Source: Auanema rhodensis
Taxonomy: Eukaryota; Animalia; Nematoda
Direction of reading: 5' to 3'
Assembly: GCA_964057225.1 (NCBI GenBank)
Contig: OZ059894.1
Coordinates: 5,704,001-5,768,000, forward strand
Length of the DNA: 64,000 nucleotides
The position numbers and the translations under genes are program-made. Position 1 is the first letter of the stretch; each line of letters opens with the position of its first letter. A model generated the notes under the pieces. It saw only the letters and a list, made by a program, of their open reading frames with translations. It did not search any database and was not told the DNA's origin. Shown here one piece after another: positions 23,437 to 35,717 of this stretch.

Positions 23437-26400
23437 GATATACCTATACCTATTCATGTTCAAATTGCATGCGTTTTTACTGTTTTTTTTTTGTAAAAGT
23501 TGTAATCATTTTCTCTCTTAAGTAGAGTCATTTATGATTAGAAAAGCACTTTATGTGCATGTACAAATTGAGTTCTATTTGGAAAAGTCGTTGTTACAAT
23601 TGCTATTGTTTTAGTACTTTAGTAAAGTTGAATGCTTTATATGGATTTGTTTCGTAGTTTTTCCCATTGAAATTCCAGCTTCTTATTTCTAACTTTCAGT
23701 TTGAATTTGATTCCCGGGGGAAAACAAATTACTCCTTACTCATAGAAATAATCGATAACAAATAAAGAGATTCACTTGGTATCATAGAAGAGTAGAAAAT
23801 TGAAAAAAAGACATTAGTATTTCATTTGAACTGGGGGTGATCTTGTAATACGCGGGTGAATTCCGAAATTTTTAAAAGTGATAAGGAAAATCAGAGTGTT
23901 TGGATGGATAATGAAATGATTGCAGACACAATTGAAAGTTAATGAACTTGTTTGTTTTCTCTTTACTTTGCAACAAGAACTAGAAAAATAAGGATCGTAA
24001 TAGCTTCTGGTGAAGTTACAGTAACGCTATATAGATACTTTATAGATTATTCCATGAGAAAAGATGCATCGTACTTCCTTAAATTAGCAGAGCCCTTTTT
24101 TTAGATATTAACATTAAATGGAACGAATATCTGAATAAGCTTGTTATTTATTCATCTAATAATCCTATTCTCATGAAAAATTTCCGTTTTGATCAGTTTT
24201 TATTGGCTTCCTGTGAGCTATGGATTGCTTTTCGTTCTTTCCTGCCTCAGACCGTTTCATGTATATATAAAATAGGCTAGCCATGAACTGACTTCTTAAC
24301 ACATAATGAATATATTTTATAGAGAATTCTGTAAATTTTGAGAGTTTTCATCTAAGAACCAACAAGTTTCGATAACTTTTTGTTAATTTTACTATTTACG
24401 ATAAAGTCATTATCTTCAGATTATGCCAAGCTGATTATAACAATAGTCAATGGAATGGGTGAATGAACGAGAAGGGGAGGGAATATAGTGAAAGTAATAT
24501 TTTCTTCTAATCCGATTGCCACAATATTAGTAAGCAATGTAGGCAAATTCAGCGAAGGGCCGCACGAGAAATAGAGAGAAGAGGGGTTGAATACTTCCTT
24601 TCAACTTTTCACTTTAAATTCTTTTTTCGACATGATGACTCTCAAGTTTAAATGAAACAGAAGTCAGTTCTTTGTTCATCACAAGCACTAAAATGTTTTG
24701 TCATCATTTCTTTTTTTTTGTTTTCAGGTGTGTGTGTTTCTAATACATATAGATCATTTTAATCAGGATAATCAAATGCTTTGTTTGTAATATAAAATGA
24801 TTATTTCATTCAATTAAACTTGAAATAATACTAGACATTTATGTTGAAAGATGGATTGAATTCAATTAATGGGGGGATAACGATAGGCTTTGGGAAGTGA
24901 CCCAGAAAGAAATATAAACTGGAGAACTTCAATTTAATCAATTACAAAAACATCTAAATTTGTAACAAATAAGATAATGAGAATAGGCAACTTTTATGAT
25001 TCATGCACCTGTCTCAAAGCAACTCCATATGAATTGTGTATTTGTATATAATTAATACACACTCTATAAAATACTAATCAACTATACTGCGGAATGGGAG
25101 TGGAGAACAAAGAACTTAAGAAAATCTGAAGCTTGGATTGGCTGTTGAACTTTTGATCTCTTACAGCAGAAAAGCCTTTTAGCTATGTTTAGATGCAATT
25201 ATGCTACGAGGCTACAAGGGAAGCATCGGAAGATAGTAGGAGAGAATAAAATAAGCGATTGAGAATTTAAGATTTAGGAAAAGAAAAAGGGAGAGAGTGA
25301 ACATGTATGACAATTCTGGATAGAGAGAAATGTTTCGGACGGAAGTTTAAATCTGACGCCATACTCTGAAAAAGACTTTACGTAGTTGAGCCATCATTTG
25401 TATGCATGTGTAGAAGCCAATTCGTATCATCTTCAAAAAGCAAAAGTAAAGAGGGAGTTAGCTTGTTTTGTCTGTTTTGGAATAAACCAAATAAGAATTT
25501 CAAGCAAGTGGAACTTTTGGTCATTTTTTAAATAAAATGTTCAGCTTTTTAAAATACACATATCTCTCATAAGTTTTATAGGCCATTGTGAATGCTGAAA
25601 TAAAAAAAAATTAATATACTTAATGTAGGTTTTAGATTGCTATATTTCCATTTATAATTATGATGATGAGAATATAATGCATATATAGTTGCACTGTGAT
25701 AATCTTATCAAGAAGGAATTCGAACCAACTTCTGTTTTCTTATCTACTTATTTTTACGGATGAACATCAAAAGTTCAAAAAAAAGATAATAAATATGTCT
25801 CAGTATCAGGAGAAAAAGTTTGTACACGAAAAATGACATTTGTTACTTCAAAAATTAGAAAGATTCTTTAAAAAAGTTTAAAATTGCAATCAAATTCCAA
25901 AAATCTGTATACGCAATTCAGAATTTTATTGTAATCCTGGGCTTGTTTACTTTATCTCTGATTAGTTTTATCAGCCGTTTCCTTCCTCTATCTCTTTTCT
26001 TGTCAGTCACAAACAGCCGAAGGGCATCTGTCATTTATCCTTATTGTAAGAAATATGCTGCTATTCTGTTTTTCAAATCTCTATGTCAAATCCATGTTCT
26101 CTCAGCTCGTTCTGCTGACAGAACAACTAAGTTTGCACTTTGTGTGAAGCTTGGGGGGATTTTCCAATATTCGCCAGAGGGGGAAGCTGTCCAACGCTTT
26201 CAGAGAAAAAGATCAAAGGAACCATCATTTTCGACGATATAGTAGGACACCAAGAGAGAGCAGTAAGTGAAAAAAGAAAACGGAGAAGTGGAATAGAAAA
26301 GCAGCTTGGGGGCAGGGAATACCAGGAGACTCAGAATGGAGAATGGGAAAAGGGAATAGGAAAACAGAATAATACTCACTTTAAGACACATAGAATAATG

Positions 26401-29400
26401 GGAAGTTACTCATTTAGGATAACACCTTCTTAATCTTCTTCTATATTTTGAAATATATTTTACTCATTTTTTTAATCAAACATTTTTAATGCGCTTTCAA
26501 AGCTAAAGCCATAAGAAAACGGCTTCAGATACAAAAGCAAGTGAAGTAAAAGACCTAACGATGAGGTAATCATTCAAATGAGATAAACTTTAAAAAAAGG
26601 AAAGATAGATTAGTGAAGGAATGCAGTACATTTCGGGGTTCATACATTTTCTTTGAAAATAAATTTCGAACTAAAAAGGGGAAAAAGTGATATCATGACA
26701 CAACTTTTACTGAAAAAAAATTAAGAAAGAGAGTTAAAAATGGATGGCCATTTACTTCCTTTTTAACTTCATAATACTTTTTACTTTCGTACAAAATAAC
26801 ATTAATGGTTTTGATAACCCTGAATTTCAGGCTTTTATTTTATTTTATCATTTTTGCTATACGTATAACATTTTTTAATAATTATGTTAAGTTTAAAACT
26901 TGAAAATGAGATAACATACAAAAAGGCCTTTAGAATTTATTTTAATGTGTTTTTCAAGAGCTCTGCGAATATTTAATGCACCCGATTTCCTTTTTTTATC
27001 CACGGAAATATTGTTTATTCATGTTTTTCATAGAATATACTTTTGAAGTATTTAGCTAACATATATTTACAATTATTAATTTTTTAACAACATTTTTTTC
27101 CATTCTTTATGATCTTCACTATTTTATTGGTTACATTGTTTCTAACCCAAATATGAGATCATAGAATTTTAGTTTTGAACAATATTTTTAAAATAGAGAA
27201 AATTGTATTTTATGAGAAAAAGTTTTGAGAAAATTAGAAAAGACTTGATAATACATTATAATGTTTCTTGTGATTGTACAATAAATTCGCCATGATATCA
27301 TATGTATATACAATACAATCTTATAATTCTAATATGAGAAATAATAAAAGAAATACAAAACAAATCCAAAATTGGGGCATACATGTATGCATACATAAAC
27401 TCAGGGGTCGTAGGGTTTGTTGATAAATTAATGTAAAACTTTTTTCTTGTTTCAAATATGGTTTCATATTTTATTAACAAATGTCGGTGTTTTTCGAAAG
27501 AAAGAAGAAATTTTCTCTGATCTTCTCTTGTAACAAAGCTATGCTGAAAAATTCAAAAGAAACTATTTGTTTATGAAGAAAACAAGATGATTATCTCTAC
27601 GGTAATTTGAAAAAATATGATATTTTAACGAGAAGTTTCAGCTATGGCACTGAAGTGGGGTTTTGAAATATTCCCTTTGTATATTTGAAGCTGTTTTGTT
27701 ATTTTATGTAGTCTATTATGCGTTATGAAAATCCAATTAGAACAATTTTGTTTAAAAACGATTAGAAAAAAAGTGATGAAAACATTCAAAAAATATTTAA
27801 TAAGAGCTAAAGTTTGCAAACAAAAGAACAGACGTTATTCTTGTTATTCAACCACCAAATGATCATCACAATCACATTTTTACTAAACTATTGTTTGATT
27901 CGAAACGATTTTCATTAAAGTGATGAAACGTAACTTAACCTAAAGCTTTTCAAAAAACTTTGCGAAACTACGTATATATGATGAGCTCTCAATTTTGGTT
28001 TTTCCTCATATTTGTGAAAAGTATAATCTTTCGTTGTTCGAATGCCCCATAGGCTTTTTAGTCTATTTCTTTTCCTCTTTATTGAATTGTTTCCATACGT
28101 TTGCTCACTTATATATTTCTAACACATCTGTTGAACTTATTGGTTTGAAGTATTCTTTATGCTGTTTCATAATGTTTACTGTAGATGATTATGCCGATCT
28201 CTAGATTTTCAAATTGGCCTCATTGGAGTGTTTTATCTAGGTTAGTCTCTTTCTTCGTATATCAAATATTCAATATACTCATCACTGTATAAGCTTATGG
28301 ATTGATCACTAATTTATTGAGCCAAGCTTATATCATTCCTTTTCACGAGTGCATGACACACGATCTTTGTTTTTCATAATACTTTCTGTTCCTGTAAGTT
28401 TATATTTCTATGCTCATAAGTGATATTACAGATAAGAATAACTATTTTTGCATAAATCAGTAAAAACTGATAAGTGCATACCTTTTTTACAACATTTTAT
28501 TATTAGAGGTACATCATTCATTTTTCATTACTTTAAGAACAACGAAAAGAAATTAAATAGAAAATGAATTTTTTCCATCACATCAGCTTCATAGAGAAAC
28601 ACGAGAAGCTTTTCTAGTTGTTTCAATACTAGAGGCTTTTAACTTGCTTTTAAGAAAAAAGCATAAGATAGATATCTGCCCGTCCTGAGGGGAATAAAGA
28701 AATGATGCTTGTATGTGATTTAGTTTCGCTGCTATAAATTCTTTCTTCTTGCTAAGAAACTTTGATTTTGTTTTCTCGTGTGAGTTAATATATTGCTTTT
28801 TCGTATGAAATTCTGTTAAGTATGATGTTTTTATATGAAAATAAACCAATGTATGCTTCATTAATTGTTTCTTAAGTGATTTCGATTCAATTTACTTATT
28901 GAAAATTTAGCTAAAAATTCTTTATCATTCTCTAAAATATGATTTATGTATGTAGAAATGTTCGGTGTATACAACATATGTATATTATAAATGTATTGAC
29001 GTTGAACTAACAGTAGTCAAAAATTCTGTTTCGTTTCGTCTTTACCGGTGCTTGAAAAAACTATTGTTTTTGTTCCTTTTTCAAAAATAAGGATTTGAAA
29101 CTACACTACACCGAAGATACATAATTTAAACAATATACATCTGCCTTACATACATACATATATCTTAAATACTAAGAGGTTGCTCTCATTAATTCATATT
29201 TTTATTCAAAAAACATCTGCAGTGGTCAGTTGTATTCATTAACTTTTTGCTTGAAAACGATACTTTATTCTTCTTTTTTTTTCCGTCAAAGTTTTAAACA
29301 TTATGTGTACATGATAAAAACATTTAAATCTGAGATAAAAGTCTTTTATATATACACTTATAACACTTCGTAGGTGGTAGCGAAAATAAAAATGTTTTTT

Positions 29401-32041
29401 CGAAATACTTTCATTCTAAAATAATGATTCGAACGTACTGCTTCTTCCAAAGAATTCCATGTATTAAAAGGTATGATGCTCACTTAATATCCGTTCAACT
29501 AGTAATTTGTTCTCTTTTCTCAATATTCATACATATCTGTGAAGAAAATTAGTCCAATTGATTTACTCTAACAATAATGTTTGCAAGAAGTTGAGAGAAG
29601 AATCATTGCAAAAAAAATTCTATTATTATTATCAAATGAATGTAATTTATTTAATTTAACGGCTTTTGAAGTAGTTGTAATTTGTGCAAATTTGGCTCAT
29701 TTAATGCTTAGATGTCTTTCTCCTCTGCTACTAGTTTGTACATTAGTGAAACATGATTTAGTAACTTCAGCATGCTCAGAACTTAAAATTTTGTTGATAT
29801 TCTTAATGATTTGCTCCCCCTTTCCCGAATAAATTATTGAAAAAAACTCAATCAACTATCATTTTTAACTTTAGAATTGGCTATATGGAAATTGTTCACG
29901 GAGAAGAGGATCGGGGAGCTAGTACTAAACATGGAGCAAAAGCACCTGTGTAAGCAGCTTTTATTTTATTTATTACATGCAAATAGGGTAAAAACAGTTT
30001 TGTACAAATTTAAAAAAACAAATAGAAGATTTGTTTTGACTCAGTATATGCCAAGTAGATTTTCAAGCAGCTGCGTACTTATTCGTTTCTAAAAAATTTG
30101 GCTATCTTCTTATTCTATTATTAATATAATATCGGTTTAGAAAATTCACGTTTAAAATAAAGCTAGTTTTTTTGAACTCAATTGTCCCTTGTCTCGTGTT
30201 TGAAGACGTTTTGAGCTTATTAATGTGTTGTAGAAATTATTCAAGAATTATGAGAGAATTGCCAACGGACATTCCGTGGGAGCCTGGTTGAAGACGCTCG
30301 ATAGTGTGGTTCACTAAAGTTTTAGCAATTCGTAGAAAATAAGAAAAAAAGTTTAGAAGAGAGAAAAACTTATCGTGAACCCAATCATAATCCTCTTCTA
30401 ACCACATGAGAATACGTTCCTTCGACGTGAACTACATTCATTCGCTCATGAACATTGGTAACATCACTCATGATGGTCATGTATCTTAATATTGTCATAT
30501 CTTTTTAGTAAATTCTGGTTTTTGTGCATGTATGTTTTACTCAAATCCATCTCTCTACATAGCATTGTTTTCTTTTGAAGCATGCCACACAACGTGTCAA
30601 TTCAATTCCTAAAATCAGAATAGGAAGAAGACGAGGATGAGCACGAATTGCAAAATTTGGGAAGCAGACGACAAATAAAGAGAGAGAAAGATATAAAGAT
30701 ACAGTAAGAAACAAAGAGAGAGAGAGAGACTTTTGAAATACTTTTTTATTGTTTTCTTCACTTTATTTCTGATTTCTTTGCTTAAGTGTATGCAACCTAG
30801 TTCGATTGTTACTAGTATTTTTCTTTATTGCGAAATGATTTATTCGAATTAAAACTAGTGAAGAAGCCACTCAAAAAACAGTTTATTTCACTTTTAAATA
30901 TTAAGCACGTGCTTTAAAACTTTAGAACACAAAAAATAAATTTTTTATAAAATAGTAAGCTTATAAACTTTGATTGTTCATCAATCTTATTCTCTCATGT
31001 ACGGCTGTTTCGTATCCCTTTACTTTCATTATATTTATAGTTGAGCGCCAATTTTATTCAATTGTTAGATAATAATTTATCTTTAAGTTGTTTTATTGAA
31101 CATTTTATTTGATTGATATACTCAATAATTTGTTTGACAAATATGTACAAATTGTTTCCCAAGAAAAAAATGACGTGAGCACTTATTCACCTTTACTCAT
31201 AGTGAAGTACATACGTACATCCTTTCTAATTTGTCCTACTAATTATCTATTTTTAATCACACATTCTTAATGCGGAAGAAAATGAAAAAAAGTATGAAAA
31301 TTTACATTTCCAGTCTTGCAAGGTTGTGGATTTTCAATGTTTTCTCTTGAAGAGCTGCAACAATTAATTCAAGTTTTAATATAGATTATTTGAAAAGATT
31401 GTGGTGACAGGAAAAATTGTGTGTTCCTTATTTTCTAAAAACATTAGTTTATTGTTGTTTTCATAACTCATTCAAAAGATTTTGAAGACGCGGTTTATAA
31501 AAAAATAAAAAAAAATAAATGCAATCCCTTGAGACGTATGCATATGCAAATCCAAACCCTTTCTTTAAATGATTAATTTGAAAATATCAAACATAACCAG
31601 AAAAAAATTTGGATGTTTTCTCAACTTCATTTTTTTCTAATTTTCCATTGGTCATTAAGATAAGCTGACAGTTGGCCGGTTAGAAAATTCGATATCAAGG
31701 AGAAACTGAAGTTAATCTTACGAGAAATCAATTTATCCAATACATTTGACGCATAAATGAGATCTTAAGCATTATTTGAGCTTCACTATACATACACATA
31801 TATTTATTCCTTTTTTATTGTTCCAAAAATAATCTAAATTAGCTGATTACATTAATGATTACTAAAAATTTATTAGACGATGCTAATCGGTAAGTGTAAT
31901 AGATCCTTCTTTTTTGTTTTCTTTTTTTGAAAATAGTATGTTATTAACACTTTTCTATACACATATATAAATAAATAAAGAACGACATTACTTACAGTTT
32001 TAAAACAATGATTAAAATATAACTTGTTTTAATTTAGAACA

Positions 32042-33265
32042 ATGCCCGAACAAGGATTATCGTATATTACGAAGCCTGAGGGCGAAATGGATATGTTAAT
32101 TGGATTTTTTTTAATGAATGGAGTTTGCATAGGTATAATATAAATATATTAAATCAAATTAAATTTTGGGTAAAGAAGCAACCTTGTTATGTGATTTATG
32201 ATATTCCCAGTTTTAATTTTTAGCTTATTCCACATAACTAAAATGCCATAAAAAGAAATATAAAATTTTTTTTTATAAATTTATTTAACTGCAAGATTAC
32301 CTGAAACGCATAATTTCAGTATTTTTTCTCCTTTTTGGAATGTGTGTCATATTTTCATGTATGCGACGACGACCTAAAGCATTTCGAGCACCTGCAGAAG
32401 AAATTCCGGCTGGACCGATACAGGGTGGACAGGCAGCACCAACATTTAAAAGTAGTGTTTAACATATTGAAATAATAGAATATCAACGACTGAATTAATT
32501 TCAATATGTTTTTTTAAAACTATTAGACCAAACATTTGTATGTTGACACAATATATTTCTTAACGAAATTTATTATAAGATCACCTACATTCCTTTATAT
32601 TGTAGTAAAAAGAAATGATTAAGAGATATAAAGTTTTATTCCCTCAGGCACTTGGCCGTTTAGTCATAAGAATAACATCTGAAAGGTTTGGTACCTAAAT
32701 CATAATTGATATTCGATACACCATGTGTGTTCAATGTTATCATATAGTATTCTTCTTTGTAAATTTACTTACAATTTTCAATAAACATGTACTTTAAGGT
32801 CTTGTCAATAAAGCTATGAAATCGCCAAATCTTGCTCGTTTAAGAGCAGCAAACGAAGTTCAAGCATCAAAACGAAATACAACAGTGTGTTCAGATGGTA
32901 ATCAGGTTAGAAATTATTGTTTTTTAATTTTTAAAAATTCTTAAGAGTTTATTGTTCAACATTAGTTGTAAAATGTTTTTTATTCAGATCGAAGTACATG
33001 TAATGGACGAAAAGTCCTCGGAGCGTTGTTCTCCTGGACAGAACCCACGTCGAAAACCTTTGAAGCAGACAATCGTCGTAGATGAAACAATCTTTCCTGT
33101 ATGTTTTAACAACTTAATCTAAACTAAGTCTAGAGAATAGTTTGATGAAATAGATCATAAGATGTAAACGATCTTCTTCTTTTATTTTAGAGAGAAGAAC
33201 GAAAATCGGTTATACGAGAAAATCTGCTAGGACCTTTGAGCTTTGATGACTTATATTACACATAA
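32042..33265 (+). CDS. Small single-pass membrane protein of unknown function (no signal peptide)
   Basis: Exons 32042-32132, 32320-~32451, optional 32648-32690, 32799-32905, 32988-33098, 33191-33265 have GT-AG boundaries. They give [63 protein letters not shown]...MKSPNLARLRAANE...VIRENLLGPLSFDDLYYT*: a hydrophobic helix followed by RRR. Middle junctions are uncertain. Confidence 0.75.
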
Positions 33266-33489
33266 ATCAATTGATCATTGGATAAGGCATCATGAATACG
33301 GTTATTAGTAGATCTCATTTTCACTGAAAATATGTATTGGTCCTTCAGTATGTCCGAATTTGACGAACGTAATATATATTAATATAATTTTATGAATTAA
33401 AATTTCGTTTTTTGTCAATCATATCGTATAAAACTTTTGTTTCATATTGTTCTCATGTTTTCTGTTAAGAATGTCAAAGACAACAGACT

Positions 33490-35378
33490 AAATTAATCAT
33501 TTTTGTTTATTTGCAATATAAAGACGACAATCATACTTGAATGTATATTAATAATATTGGGTTGGATGGTGAAAGTGGGTCCGAAAGAGTTAATAGCATA
33601 TTAATGATGTGGTTGAGTTGGCTAATGGTTACTGTAGGATGTTGAATATACTAGACGGCTATTGGTTCACAACTGATTCTCGGGTATAGGTAGGAAAGGG
33701 TGGGTGGGACCGGGTTTATACATATAGTATCTTGAACACTGGGATGGTGTGAAGTACCAGTACGATAATAGTAAGTCCAGCTGAAATGACGTCATATGCA
33801 TGAAGAAAAGAGAAAAAATACACATCAAAAATGAACAAATTTCCGTCAAAAACATGCTTCTACGACGTCATCGAAACTGTTACTTAACGACTAAATATGG
33901 ATATCTGTTCTCTACTAGAAAAATATGAAACATCACCGGGTAAAACAAATTGCAAGATAGATGCTAGCTGAGTCTAAGAAAATTGAACAAAACAATAAAA
34001 AAACTAATTTGAATAAATTCTAAGATGTATGTACACATCACCGGGGGCGTAACATTCACCAAAAATTCCAAAAGTGGAAATAAAGAATAAACATAGGAAG
34101 AATTCAATCAGATTTGCAATTTACAGGGACCTATTAACCGGAGTAAGTGTGTGAGTCGAACCATAGCATCCACACCTCAGAAACTGTTAGCGGATGATGA
34201 TAATGCCACCGGCTGCTATACAATAGCAGACAGCGGACCACTTATCCGGAAATCAGAAGAGCGAAAGACGTATTACAGCCTCGGCTCTACTAGATCTTTC
34301 TTGTTCTGTGATTGTCCTCCAAGTGGTTGACTAGACACGGAGAAAAAAGCGAAAGAATTATCTAGCGCGGATCTAGTGGAGTCGAGATTTTATTGAAAAG
34401 AGAAGGAAAGATAAAAAATAAAAATACAACAAAATTTCTATATACAAGGTTGAAGTACCAAAAATTAGATGATGCTTTCAGGATTCACTTTGTTCATCTT
34501 CAATATTCTTTACTGTTCCAAAATCTGTTGTTTTTTCTCAAATTAAAACATGAAGAAGATAGATGAGTCTGGCAGAACAATCTAATTTTGATATCATATA
34601 TATATTTATATATATAGCAAGATGAATATAACACAGAAAAAAAGATTAAAAATATATATAATATATAAAAATTTTTGAGAAAGAGGGCTAATATATCACA
34701 TCTAAGGGTTGGGATTTGGAGGTGTTGTATTTGTGCAGCCGAAAATGACACAGCACGGAAAGATGTGTAAGGAACACTAGCTGGACTAGAATAACTACTA
34801 CGCTTAGGAAACTGAAAACTGTGATCGGGCTTCTTCTCATTAATATCTCAGGCAATGCGCTTTTAGAGTATAAATTATTTGGAGAAACAAGGAGTATGAG
34901 AGAGACAAAAAAGAAGTAGTTAACAGAGGAAGAAACAATTTGACATGATTATAAATAATTTCATGTGCAAACCACACAACCACAGTTCAGAGATATCTGA
35001 GGCAGCAAGAAAGTATCACCGGCGCGCAGCTAAGCCATGAATATATACATACAAGATGAAATAAAAATATATCTATATAGTATATATATCTATATATATA
35101 TATATATAGGAAAACACACGAAAGAGCTACACGATTGAACTAACCAAAATGAGGTATGAGAGGAAATATAATTGGGAGAACTATCGATAGTTTAGTGCTT
35201 TTTCAGAATATACGAGTAATGACAAAAGGGAAGAAGGGGTCTTCAACTACACGATGAACTACGAAGGGCCAAATCACTGGGTTATATCGAATCGGAAACT
35301 AACCGGGAAAGAACTGACCGACACAAAATGAGAGTAAATAGAAAATAAGAGTAAATAATATTGTATATATATAGTATA

Positions 35379-35450
<72 letters not shown>

Positions 35451-35717
35451 TATTTCTTGAGAAAAAATTATAACTATACGTATATAGTTATGTGTTCAAA
35501 AAATATTATACATTGTTGTGGATGGTAAAACTCTTTGAGTATGAAAGATATAGTTGTAAAGTTCGGTTGACGAGATAACTCATTAGAGAAAACGAAGGAA
35601 AGAAAGAGAGACGGAGAGAGAGATAAAAGATATAGAATAAACGTTGAATAGAAGATGGTTGAAGAGACTGCTATGCCATACTATCCATTAACTGCATATC
35701 TTGAATGTGACGATGAT
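33490..35717 (-). promoter_or_regulatory. Inferred long 3'UTR of bcl-11 with miRNA seed sites and two candidate poly(A) signals
   Basis: Minus-strand AATAAA at 34394-34389 and 33511-33506. CCCGGTGA at 33940-33933 and 34045-34038; TCTAGTC(A) at 34335-34328 and 34790-34784. Confidence 0.55.
35385..35446. repeat. (TA)n microsatellite in the inferred bcl-11 3'UTR
   Basis: Direct reading. Confidence 0.95.

Noticed and set aside
33890-34080. mir-35-like miRNA gene cluster on the + strand (two TCACCGGG ~105 nt apart, and 42933)
   Set aside because: No complementary arm is visible on either side, so no precursor hairpin forms. Better explained as target sites on the minus-strand transcript.
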